Shown here in pieces: positions 1 to 7,767 of a stretch of 64,000 nt of DNA. The translations under genes were made by a program, and so were the position numbers. The notes under the pieces were generated by a model. It did not search any database, was not told where the DNA came from, and saw only the letters and a list, made by a program, of their open reading frames with translations. How positions within the stretch are numbered: position 1 is the stretch's first letter; each line of letters begins with the position of its first letter. The DNA is from a virus. The DNA lies in the IMG/VR virus record IMGVR_UViG_3300045988_098116, positions 19,627-83,626 of that record. One strand, written 5' to 3'.

Positions 1-1
1 A

Positions 2-451
2 CAGGGCCGCCAGTACATCACGGACGGCTTCACCCTCCTGCGCCTGAACACGCCCTCCACCGCGCTGCAATGGGCGCCGCCGCCTAACGACCCTCACGTC
101 TACGACACCATACCGGAGCTGCTGAACAGCGACGGCGCCACCATCACCCTCAACCTACCAACTGCCGCCGAGGTACGCGCCAAGATCGCCAGCGACCGGG
201 CAAAATACAAGGCCGAGTCCCACCCCGCAGGGGACACGCTCTCCACCTGCTTCAGCTGGGGCGACGGTCTGCCAATGGTCAACGCCCTTTATCTCTTGGA
301 CATTCTGGAGGCGCTTCCCGGCTGCACCGCCGCTTGCCGCCCCGGTGAGCTGTCCATCGTCTATTTCCACAGCCCGGACGGCGACGCACTCATCATGCCC
401 ATCCGCAGGCACATCGCCAACAGCACCGACGAACAGGAGGAACGGGAATGA
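2..451 (+). CDS. hypothetical protein, C-terminal fragment (5' end outside window)
   Basis: Frame open from window edge to TGA 449-451 (...IMPIRRHIANSTDEQEERE*). Stop overlaps next start (ATGA). Absent from ORF track because it has no start. Confidence 0.5.
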   Translation, partial: QGRQYITDGFTLLRLNTPSTALQWAPPPNDPHVYDTIPELLNSDGATITLNLPTAAEVRAKIASDRAKYKAESHPAGDTLSTCFSWGDGLPMVNALYLLDILEALPGCTAACRPGELSIVYFHSPDGDALIMPIRRHIANSTDEQEERE

Positions 452-639
452 AAAACAAATTCTGCCCCTACAAAAAGACCTGCCGCGACATCTGCTACGG
501 CGAGACTCCTTGTGCATTTGCACAAGCCTTTGACGGCCTCGCCCGCAAGATCGACCGCAAGACCGTCTGCATAGATTCCCTACGCGCTGAAAACGCCGCA
601 CTGAAAGCACGGCTGGAACAGGAGGAACACAACGTATGA
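448..639 (+). CDS. small hypothetical protein (Cys-rich N-terminus, coiled-coil C-terminus)
   Basis: 63-aa ORF, start/stop coupled to both neighbours. Confidence 0.5.
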   Translation: MKNKFCPYKKTCRDICYGETPCAFAQAFDGLARKIDRKTVCIDSLRAENAALKARLEQEEHNV

Positions 640-947
640 GCCACATCTGCAAAATGACCGGCATGGAGGCCGTGCTGCCCTGCGCCGCCCCTCAGTGCCC
701 CGCCTACGGCGATTGTGCATCTGCCTATGCCAAATCCCAGCAGGGCTTCCATCTGGAACGGCACCCCAAAACAAACCTTGAACACTTCCGCGAGATGACC
801 GCCGAGCAGTTGGCGGAGTGGATCATGTGTCCCTACTCCGCCGACCCCGACCTCTGCCTCGACGAGGATTGCGTCAAATGCTGCACCGACTTCCTTAACG
901 CCCCCTATGACGGCTTTGACCTCGACCCCGGCGAACAGGACCCGTAA
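636..947 (+). CDS. hypothetical Cys-rich protein
   Basis: 103-aa ORF, ATGA-coupled to upstream ORF. Confidence 0.5.
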   Translation: MSHICKMTGMEAVLPCAAPQCPAYGDCASAYAKSQQGFHLERHPKTNLEHFREMTAEQLAEWIMCPYSADPDLCLDEDCVKCCTDFLNAPYDGFDLDPGEQDP

Positions 948-1068
948 CATACGAACAGGAGCGCCAAAAACGCTCCTGTTTCGTCGCAATCCCCACAGAA
1001 CGCCCTTGCTATTGCCGCTTGAATGTGCTATTCTGACGACAAGAACAGCAAGGAGGCCAATACCGCCC

Positions 1069-1518
1069 ATGACACGAGAGGAATTTATTTTTGCCGCCCA
1101 CAGCATCCTGCCCTACAGTTTCGAGGACACCAACATCGCCCTGGACCGTGCCTTTGCCGCATCACCGGAGAAGCAGGCATACACGCCCCACGACGTACAG
1201 GCGCTGGACCTCGCCCTCCGCCTATCCGGGGCAGCGCCCGAGTTGTCCGGCATCGTCATGGACGAGCAGGACATAGAGGCGCTTTCCGATCCGGAACAGC
1301 AAATGACCGCTGCGCAGTTCATCGACGAGGCGGAGCGCCAGGGCTTCCCCCGTCGCCTTGCGGAGCTGGTGACGCAGCACAGTGAACAGGAAACCTACGA
1401 CATCGCCGACCTGGACGGACTTGGCATTCTCGATCTCGTCATCACCCCGGACCGCTACGACGACCCGGAGATCCACAAAATCATGCAGGCCATTTTCTCC
1501 GTTTTCGACGGGGAATAA
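1069..1518 (+). CDS. hypothetical protein
   Basis: ATG 1069 preceded by AAGGAGG (1050-1056); MTREEFIFAAH...; the longer track ORF from 907 has an implausible Arg/Pro-rich N-terminus. Confidence 0.55.
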   Translation: MTREEFIFAAHSILPYSFEDTNIALDRAFAASPEKQAYTPHDVQALDLALRLSGAAPELSGIVMDEQDIEALSDPEQQMTAAQFIDEAERQGFPRRLAELVTQHSEQETYDIADLDGLGILDLVITPDRYDDPEIHKIMQAIFSVFDGE

Positions 1519-1549
1519 TGATACATAAAATCGAAAGGGGAACAAAACT

Positions 1550-2038
1550 ATGACTACAAACTACACCTGCCCGGAGTGCGGCGCCACCGTTACCCAGGAA
1601 CAGCTCAGCATCAAGGGGATGTGCCCGGAGTGCGGCTGTCCCTCATCTGCCATCTACGCCGCCCAGCAAAAAAAGGACGCGCAGGAACGCCGCGAAAACG
1701 CCGCCAAGGAAGAAGCCGCAGCCGCCGCGCTGCCCAGGACCTCCGACATTCGCTACAAAACCGGAGCCGCCCATATGCTGGAGGTGTTCGCGTACATCGT
1801 CTGGGTATGCGGCGGTATCAACGTTATCGCCATCGCCATCTCGGCCAGCCAGCTTCGTTATTCCTACTATTCCTCCGGCGCAACAGGCACCACGCTGTTT
1901 TTCCTGGCGGTTGCCGCCGCGGTATCCGCCCTGGTTTTCGGCGGCCTGCTCTACGGCGCATCCAAACTGCTCATTGACGTTCACGCCGCCCGCGTAAACC
2001 TGGAACAGCTCAACAAAAAGAAGGAGGCGCAGCAGTAA
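1550..2038 (+). CDS. zinc-ribbon membrane protein
   Basis: N-terminal CPECG...CPECG ribbon, Lys/Glu linker, two hydrophobic helices. Confidence 0.6.
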   Translation: MTTNYTCPECGATVTQEQLSIKGMCPECGCPSSAIYAAQQKKDAQERRENAAKEEAAAAALPRTSDIRYKTGAAHMLEVFAYIVWVCGGINVIAIAISASQLRYSYYSSGATGTTLFFLAVAAAVSALVFGGLLYGASKLLIDVHAARVNLEQLNKKKEAQQ

Positions 2039-2499
2039 TGGCCCTAAAGACCTGTCCCCACTGCGGCCACAGCGTAAGTGACCAGGCCATAAAGTGCCCC
2101 TCTTGCGGCAAGGACCCCCGTTATACAGACTTCCAGCTGGAACAGCAGGAACAGCAGCGCAAGAAAAAGCGCAGAACCGTCGGCATCATCGTCGCCATCC
2201 TCGTAGTGATTATCGCTACCGTCTGCGCTATCTTTCTCCCGAACAGGATTCGCTATCAAAAAGGAATTGCTTGCCGCGAAGCTAAGGACTACGAAACTGC
2301 AGTTGATATTTTTAATTCTCTTGGCAGTTACAGAGATTCCGACCAAATGGCACTATTATCCATGATGGATTACATTTTTGCCCACCCCACCAGTAATGAT
2401 CCCATATCAGTAAAGTACGCCGAGCGGTTAATGGAGGCCGGGTATGCTACATCTCTCCCATCAGACAATCCCAGGGGCACGATTACCCATTCTTCTTAG
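2038..2499 (+). CDS. zinc-ribbon, single-pass membrane protein
   Basis: CPHCG...CPSCG ribbon, basic stretch, TM helix (VGIIVAILVVIIATVCAIFL); TAATG coupling to upstream gene. Confidence 0.6.
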   Translation: MALKTCPHCGHSVSDQAIKCPSCGKDPRYTDFQLEQQEQQRKKKRRTVGIIVAILVVIIATVCAIFLPNRIRYQKGIACREAKDYETAVDIFNSLGSYRDSDQMALLSMMDYIFAHPTSNDPISVKYAERLMEAGYATSLPSDNPRGTITHSS

Positions 2500-2510
2500 T
2501 ACAAAAGCAA

Positions 2511-2546
2511 AACCCCGCACGGCATCAGCCGTGCGGGGTTCTTTTG
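2511..2546 (+). terminator. rho-independent terminator
   Basis: AACCCCGCACG-loop-CGTGCGGGGTT followed by CTTTTG. Confidence 0.7.
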
Positions 2547-2561
2547 CCCATAAAATTGTTC

Positions 2562-2590
2562 TTGACATTTTGCGTTCCATAAACTATAAT
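2562..2590 (+). promoter_or_regulatory. sigma70-type promoter
   Basis: TTGACA (2562-2567), 17-nt spacer, TATAAT (2585-2590), ~30 nt upstream of the RHH gene. Confidence 0.65.
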
Positions 2591-2623
2591 CTAATTATCG
2601 GAACGCAGAAAGTGAGGTGTAAC

Positions 2624-2797
2624 ATGAGTCCGAAAACCGGGCGCCCGAAGTCTAAGCACCCAAAGAATGTTGACGTTAAAGTTCGTTTCGACGAGCTTAC
2701 GCACGAAAAGTTACTGGCGTATTGTGAAGAACACAACATAACCAGAACCGAAGCATTACGGCAAGGTGTGCAGTTACTTCTGACGCAAAAAAAATAA
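2624..2797 (+). CDS. ribbon-helix-helix (CopG/Arc-like) DNA-binding protein
   Basis: 57 aa. Basic N-terminus then VKVRFDELTHEKLLAYCEEHNITRTEALRQGV (beta-strand/helix/helix pattern). Internal ATG of track ORF 2444-2797. Confidence 0.6.
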   Translation: MSPKTGRPKSKHPKNVDVKVRFDELTHEKLLAYCEEHNITRTEALRQGVQLLLTQKK

Positions 2798-2886
2798 ATG
2801 TCTCGCCTCCACCCTTCCACAAGCGAAGCGAAACACTTATCCGCCAGCACCGCACGGGCGCCGTCTAAATCTTATTATAGACGCCG

Positions 2887-2925
2887 CCCCTGCGAAAGTC
2901 AACAGCTTTCTGCAGGGGATTTTTG
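2887..2925 (+). terminator. rho-independent terminator
   Basis: CCCCTGC-loop-GCAGGGG followed by ATTTTTG. Confidence 0.6.
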
Positions 2926-3016
2926 CGCTCATTTTTGGAAATCCACCCTCGGAATCCCTTGACACGGCGTATAGTATGCTGACTACCAAAGATAAACCGA
3001 AAGGAGATTTTCACAG

Positions 3017-3829
3017 ATGAACGACCTCGTGACCATCGGCAACACCCAGTTCACTGCCAAGACGCTGGACGGCAAGCCTGTTCTCACCTTCCATGACATC
3101 GACGCCATCCACCACCGTCCCGAAGGAAGCGCCAGAAAGCGCTTCAACGACAACCGTCAGAGGTTTGTAGAGGGCGAGGACTACATGAAAATTTGCGCGT
3201 CCGAATTTCGGACGCACTTCGATGGACTTTCCAGCAAGGCCACCGAGGACGTATACCTTCTTACCGAGTCCGGCTACCTGATGATCGTCAAGTCCTTCAC
3301 CGACGATTGGGCCTGGGAGGTACAGCGTCGCTTGGTCAAGACCTATTTCCGCGCCAAGGAGCTGGCTGCCGAAAAGCCCAAGCCTATGTCTACCAATGAT
3401 TTGTTTGAGCTGCAGGTAAAAATCAACCGCGAGTACGAGAACAAGATCAATGCGCTGGAGGAACGCGCCGAAAGCGCCGACCGCAAAATCAGCACCATCA
3501 CCGACGTGTTCGCTGCCCCTCCCACCGACGAGGAACGCTGGCGTGACGTGATGAACCGCAAGGTACGCACCATGTGCGAGGAGTACGGTCTGAACTACCA
3601 CACCACCATCGGTGAGATGTACGCCGAGTTGGAGCGCCGTGCCCATGTTAATCTCTCCGTCCGGCAGAAGAACCTCCGTGAACGTATGCGTCTCGGCGGC
3701 GCGAAGTACGCCCAGCGGGAAGCCGTCAGCAAACTGGTGGTCATCTCCCAGGATGCAAAACTTCGTTACATCTACGAGGCTATTGTCCGCGAGAAGGGCG
3801 CCCAACTTGCCGCCTCCCGTATGCACTGA
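3017..3829 (+). CDS. phage antirepressor-like protein (ORF6N/KilA-N type N-terminal domain)
   Basis: N-terminus TIGNTQFTAKTLDGKPVLTFHDIDAIHHRPEGSARKRFNDNRQRFVEGEDY...LLTESGYLMIVKSF is typical of ORF6N/KilA-N DNA-binding domains; RBS AAAGGAG upstream. Confidence 0.7.
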   Translation: MNDLVTIGNTQFTAKTLDGKPVLTFHDIDAIHHRPEGSARKRFNDNRQRFVEGEDYMKICASEFRTHFDGLSSKATEDVYLLTESGYLMIVKSFTDDWAWEVQRRLVKTYFRAKELAAEKPKPMSTNDLFELQVKINREYENKINALEERAESADRKISTITDVFAAPPTDEERWRDVMNRKVRTMCEEYGLNYHTTIGEMYAELERRAHVNLSVRQKNLRERMRLGGAKYAQREAVSKLVVISQDAKLRYIYEAIVREKGAQLAASRMH

Positions 3830-3890
3830 TTACACATTATATACCCACATTCACATCATACACCATTTATACAGCAGGAGGAAATTTATC

Positions 3891-4109
3891 ATGACAGTCC
3901 TTGAAGCGTGCGCCATGCTGGAGCTTGGCGACGGTATCAAACCCAATATTGAACTCACATTCGGCTCTTGCGGCGTTCCGTTCAACCCACAAAACGGCCT
4001 TGAGATGATGGCCTACGGCGATTTCCTCATCGAAACTTGCCACGTCTGGGAGGGCGGTGTCAACCTCGTCCTCAAGCAGCAGTTCTGCAAAAAGAACTGG
4101 AACGCATAA
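3891..4109 (+). CDS. hypothetical protein
   Basis: ATG 3891 preceded by AGGAGG; 72 aa. Confidence 0.45.
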   Translation: MTVLEACAMLELGDGIKPNIELTFGSCGVPFNPQNGLEMMAYGDFLIETCHVWEGGVNLVLKQQFCKKNWNA

Positions 4110-4121
4110 GGAGGGCACAGC

Positions 4122-4286
4122 ATGATCCCCTCCAACATCAATTTGGGCGATACCGTCACCCGCCGCATCGAGGCCACAGACCGCAAGGCCACCGGAACAG
4201 TCGTTTACATCCACCCGGAGGGCCGCTACTACACCGCCGAATTTGACCTCGGTCTCTACAAAATCCGCGAGTCCTTCAACACCTGA
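4122..4286 (+). CDS. small hypothetical protein (54 aa)
   Basis: ATG 4122 preceded by AAGGAGG; MIPSNINLGDTVTRRIEATDRKATGTVVYIHPEGRYYTAEF...; below the ORF-track length cutoff. Confidence 0.4.
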   Translation: MIPSNINLGDTVTRRIEATDRKATGTVVYIHPEGRYYTAEFDLGLYKIRESFNT

Positions 4287-4543
4287 AAATTCTTTCAAAA
4301 ACTTTCAGAAGTTCCCTTGACACGGGGCGCATACTTAAAATTGCCGAAGGGGAGACCCCTTCCCCGACGGCTTCGGTGTACCCCCCGAATTATATAAGCC
4401 CTTCCGTAAGAAAGGCTGCACCGGTCTTACATCCATTCTTCCGGTGTTCCCAGCGCAATTCTGGCAGGAACGCGGTCACGGGGGCGCAAGCCCCTCTGTC
4501 GCACGTCAGCTCGCCCACCAGGACGTAAACAAGGTGGGGGTCC

Positions 4544-4619
4544 GGTGTCGTAGCTCAGCTGGCAGAGCAGCTCATTCGTAATGAGCAGGTCGTGGGTCCG
4601 ATCCCCACCGATACCTCCA
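4544..4619 (+). tRNA. tRNA-Thr (anticodon CGT)
   Basis: Hand-folded cloverleaf. Acceptor GGTGTCG/CGATACC. D arm GCTC-AGCTGGCA-GAGC. Anticodon arm GCTCA-TTCGTAA-TGAGC. T arm GTGGG-TCCGATC-CCCAC (T-loop has C at position 55). Encoded CCA. Confidence 0.85.
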
Positions 4620-4793
4620 ATTCTACGTGGACACCGCGAGTGACGAGCGTATAGCGGAACAGCCGTATGGGTGATGCGAAGTCCTGAAGTAAGCCCCTCA
4701 AGCCTCGATGTTGTAATTGCGCCTGTGATCTGCTGGCAAAAGCGAGGCACGGAAAAGATCTGGCGGCTCGGAAAGACGAGCAACCCCCTCAAT

Positions 4794-4884
4794 GCAGATG
4801 TACCTCAGCCGTGGAAGAGGGTCTGATCGTAGCGTAAAGCGCGAGCTCGGAAAGTCGCAGGTTCGAATCCTGCCGTCTGCACCA
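4794..4884 (+). ncRNA. aberrant tRNA-like element (91 nt) with oversized anticodon arm
   Basis: Good acceptor (GCAGATG/CGTCTGC), D arm (CCTC/GAGG), canonical T arm (GCAGG-TTCGAAT-CCTGC) and CCA. But the anticodon stem TCTGA/TCGGA encloses 20 nt instead of 7. Confidence 0.4.
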
Positions 4885-5210
4885 TAGGCGTGACCTCTTG
4901 CCTCGCAGCCGCACGGAGCGTAAGCCTGCGGAAGTGGTCTTTCCTGTGCGCTGTACGAAAGCGGCAGGACGAAGTAATTTATGTATTGGCTGGCACCGGC
5001 TTTGTAAAGATGAACGGATGCGACCGACGTACCGGCGCAGGGCTGAAAAGTTCCGTGGTTGGTTCGGGTGCCGGCGTGTGCGGCGAAAATCCGAGGCGAT
5101 AACCTATAGATGTGGAAGCGGCGTGGTGGCGGCTGTCTTTGGACAAGGCCGCCGTGTAGGTCAGTAGCCATCCGCACCGGCACCCCGCCAACTGTGTCCC
5201 CGCAAAATTT

Positions 5211-5287
5211 GCAGCGTTAGTGTTCAACGGTCAGCACACCAGCCTTCCAAGCTGGGAGTGGCGGTTCGAATCCGCTACGCTGCTCCA
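5211..5287 (+). tRNA. tRNA-Gly (anticodon TCC)
   Basis: Acceptor GCAGCGT/ACGCTGC. Anticodon arm CCAGC-CTTCCAA-GCTGG. T arm GGCGG-TTCGAAT-CCGCT. Discriminator T, encoded CCA. Confidence 0.85.
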
Positions 5288-5457
5288 TGCCCGCCTGATG
5301 GATGACTTCCCCCGTCAGGAATGAAACCTCCGCATCTGGCAGCGGTGTCGCCGGGTCGAACCAGCCGGTAGCATGATTTGGGCGTGACAGCGAACGAAGG
5401 ACGCCCCACCCCATCGGGGAGGCGGGCATCCCCCAGCCCGTCCTCCCCACTCTCTAC

Positions 5458-5605
5458 GCAGGAGCGCCGTTGGGGCGCTTGCACGGCACACACAGAGATC
5501 TCCTTTCTGCTGCTGTTGTTCGGACACATCAACACCTCCAATGTTCATGTTCTATTTTCCGTGCGCCGGCAAGCCATGCGGGTTCGACTCCCGCCTCCTG
5601 CTCCA
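5458..5605 (+). ncRNA. 148-nt element with tRNA-type ends (perfect acceptor and T arm) but ~75 nt of extra internal sequence
   Basis: GCAGGAG...GCGGG-TTCGACT-CCCGC-CTCCTGC-T-CCA. 5' hairpin GCGCC-GTTGG-GGCGC. Interior does not fold as a standard anticodon or variable arm. Confidence 0.3.
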
Positions 5606-5778
5606 TCGGACGCGATAGGCGTCCGCGGTCCAGATAGGACCTCCTTTATAAATGCTGCGGCTGTAAGAAGCAGCACCGGGTTTTGTTCATTTTCCCCGGC
5701 TCCTGTTGGAATACAGGCAGGCCAAGCGATTTCTCCTTCCGGGCGGCGCGGTCTGGGCAGCCCGCCGCCCAACCCCCT

Positions 5779-5854
5779 GGGGGATTAGCTCAATCGGCAG
5801 AGCAGGCCGCTCATAACGGCCCGGTTCCGGGTTCAAGTCCCCGATCCCCCACCA
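5779..5854 (+). tRNA. tRNA with CAT anticodon (elongator Met or Ile2-type; G1-C72 argues against initiator)
   Basis: Acceptor GGGGGAT/ATCCCCC. D arm GCTC-AATCGGCA-GAGC. Anticodon arm GGCCG-CTCATAA-CGGCC. T arm CCGGG-TTCAAGT-CCCCG (one mismatch). Encoded CCA. Confidence 0.8.
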
Positions 5855-5912
5855 GCCGCAAGGCGATAAAACGTTTCAGTCTGAAATCTACAACAGAAAG
5901 GAGGCACATTCC

Positions 5913-6188
5913 ATGACCAAGAGCGAGTTTATTTCTACTCTGGCAGCAGCGACCGACATGAAGAAGTCCGACGTCGAGCGCGTGATCGCCGCCGCTGCCA
6001 ACACCCTTACCGGCGTCATGCGCTCCGGCGACAGCGTGAATATCTCCGGCTTCGGCATCTTCACCAGCAAAGTCCGCGACGCGCACCCCGGTAAGAACCC
6101 CGCTACCGGCGAGGCCATCACCGTCCCCGCTAAGCGCGTGGCCATCTTCAAGCCCGCAAAACAGCTCAAGGATGCCGTCAACAGCTGA
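5913..6188 (+). CDS. hup: HU/IHF-family histone-like DNA-binding protein
   Basis: 91 aa; GFGIFTSKVRDAHPGKNPATGEAITVPAKRVAIFKPAKQLKDAVN matches the HU beta-arm signature; RBS GAAAGGAGG. Confidence 0.9.
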   Translation: MTKSEFISTLAAATDMKKSDVERVIAAAANTLTGVMRSGDSVNISGFGIFTSKVRDAHPGKNPATGEAITVPAKRVAIFKPAKQLKDAVNS

Positions 6189-6228
6189 CGGCGCAGGGCC
6201 GTACCCACACAAAATATCCCACATTACG

Positions 6229-6263
6229 AGCCGGACGGCACACCGCCCTCCGGCTTGTTTTGT
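6229..6263 (+). terminator. rho-independent terminator after the HU gene
   Basis: AGCCGGA-13 nt-TCCGGCT followed by TGTTTTGT. Confidence 0.6.
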
Positions 6264-6269
6264 AAACTA

Positions 6270-6293
6270 TATTTCCGTTGCGTTTTGAATATT
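6270..6293 (+). repeat. 24-nt element TATTTCCGTTGCGTTTTGAATATT, identical copy at 29475-29498
   Basis: Exact 24/24 match read by eye; here it sits just upstream of TATAAT (6297-6302) and the cysteine desulfurase gene. Confidence 0.85.
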
Positions 6294-6333
6294 TCCTATA
6301 ATCCACACACAAACCACGAAAGGAGTAATTCCC

Positions 6334-7389
6334 ATGATCTACTTCGACAACGCCGCCACCACACCGGTGCTTCCCTGCGCGTGGGAGGCCATGCAAGCCG
6401 CGCCGGAGGCAAACCCATCCAGCAGCCACGCCGCAGGGCGTGAGGCAAAAGCCGCGCTGGAAAACGCCCGCGCCGCCATCGCCCGGTGCCTCAACTGTGC
6501 TCCCTGCGAGGTCTACTTTACCTCCGGCGCCACGGAAAGCTGCAACTGGATGGTCAAATGTCTCCGCATAGAGACAGACAGCATCATCTACAACGACACC
6601 GTTCACCACGCCGTCAGCGGGGGCATCCACGCCTATTCTTCCCCCAATGCGCCCCGCGGAAAGCCCTCCGCCGTCCTTTCTCTCGTCAACAATGAAACCG
6701 GGCAGATATGCGATGTGGACGCTTTCTGCCGCAAAAACCGTCCGCACCGCATCGGCATAGACGCCACCGCCGCCGTAGGCCACATCCCCGTGGACTTCAA
6801 GGCGCTGGGTGCGGACTACATGGCTTTCGGCGGCCACAAGTTCGGTTCCCTCAAGGGCATAGGCGCGTTGATTGTCAAGGAGGGGTGTCCCATCGCCCCC
6901 ATGATCTTCGGCGGCGCACAGGAGCGCGGTATGCGCGGCGGCACGGTCTCCGTCCCCCTTGTCAGCTCTATGGCCGCCGCCCTCACCTGGCGCTCCCTCC
7001 ACATGGAGGAAAACGAGAAAGCTATCCGCGCCGTCGCTCAAGAGCTTATCATTTCCCTTGGTTGCCACCGTGTGGATTTCGACATCAATCTGCCCGGCGG
7101 CAAAAGCAGCAAGGATTGCGCTCCCCACATCCTCTCCATCCGTTTTCCCGGCGTCTACGGCGCTGCCCTCGCCGCCGCCCTCAGCGTAAACGGCGTCATG
7201 GTGTCTACCGGCTCCGCCTGTTCCTCCGGCGACAACGCCGCCTCCGCCAACCTCATGGCCAGCGGCCTTACCGAGCAGGAGGCACTGGAGACCATCCGCT
7301 TCTCCTTCGACTGGTACAACACCACCGCCGAGGCATCCGAGGCCGCCGGCATCATCGCCGATATTGTCCCCACACTCCGTCGCGGCTAA
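6334..7389 (+). CDS. cysteine desulfurase (NifS/IscS-like class V aminotransferase)
   Basis: YFDNAATTP, SGATESCN, PLP-lysine context HKFGSLKGIGALIV, GGAQERGMRGGT, catalytic-Cys loop STGSACSSG. 351 aa, slightly short for the family. Confidence 0.85.
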   Translation: MIYFDNAATTPVLPCAWEAMQAAPEANPSSSHAAGREAKAALENARAAIARCLNCAPCEVYFTSGATESCNWMVKCLRIETDSIIYNDTVHHAVSGGIHAYSSPNAPRGKPSAVLSLVNNETGQICDVDAFCRKNRPHRIGIDATAAVGHIPVDFKALGADYMAFGGHKFGSLKGIGALIVKEGCPIAPMIFGGAQERGMRGGTVSVPLVSSMAAALTWRSLHMEENEKAIRAVAQELIISLGCHRVDFDINLPGGKSSKDCAPHILSIRFPGVYGAALAAALSVNGVMVSTGSACSSGDNAASANLMASGLTEQEALETIRFSFDWYNTTAEASEAAGIIADIVPTLRRG

Positions 7390-7478
7390 ATTTTGAAAAT
7401 TTTTTCAAATCCCTTGCACAAAATCCGCATTTGCCGGTAGACTATACTATGACAAAATTCTGTAAGGAGGACACCACC

Positions 7479-7763
7479 ATGTCTATCAGCCCTGAAAAAC
7501 TCAAGCAGTACATCTCCCTCAAGGAAGCGGCCCTCACCCTGCGCCCCGACTTCGCCGTGGACTTCAACGATCCCAAACCCGAAAGCGAAGCCGCCACAGT
7601 CTCCGTTGTGCTCCATACGCCGTTCATCGGTCTGGACAGGACAAAAACCGCCATCGCTTCCCTGTTCACATTCTGCGACACGTTCATTGTCGCCGACAGC
7701 GATGTGATCCACAATATCGTCCGCTTCACCTTTGGCGTGGACGGTATGCAGAAGGAGGAATGA
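7479..7763 (+). CDS. hypothetical protein
   Basis: ATG 7479 preceded by TAAGGAGG; 94 aa; ends ...QKEE*. Confidence 0.5.
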   Translation: MSISPEKLKQYISLKEAALTLRPDFAVDFNDPKPESEAATVSVVLHTPFIGLDRTKTAIASLFTFCDTFIVADSDVIHNIVRFTFGVDGMQKEE

Positions 7764-7767
7764 CCCC

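Larger units (their letters stand above)
4290..5905 (+). ncRNA. ~1.6 kb non-coding, hairpin-dense tract with 3 tRNAs and 2 aberrant tRNA-like elements; candidate large structured RNA(s)
   Basis: No credible ORF on either strand. Chains of perfect GC-rich hairpins, several with GNRA-type loops (e.g. GGGGC-GCAA-GCCCC 4481-4494). 8-bp long-range helix 5288-5295/5421-5428. Confidence 0.5.

Noticed and set aside
5458-5605. tmRNA or intron-containing tRNA
   Set aside because: The T arm resembles tmRNA, but the element is far too short, lacks a G3-U70 alanine identity pair and has no tag ORF. The ~75-nt insert is too small for a group I intron and has no bulge-helix-bulge motif. It is kept only as an unexplained tRNA-like element.
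2954-7422. Shared box (T/A)TCCCTTG(A)CAC upstream of three units (2954-2965, 4312-4323, 7408-7419), initially read as -35 elements of a promoter family
   Set aside because: Only the third copy has an acceptable -10 (TAGACT at 18 nt). The other two lack a -10 at 16-18 nt, so they are not called as promoters. The motif may still be a regulator site.
6708-7763. 351-aa ORF overlapping the cysteine desulfurase in another frame
   Set aside because: The Arg/Pro-rich translation is implausible. Only its last 94 codons (7479-7763, with their own strong RBS) are kept as a gene.
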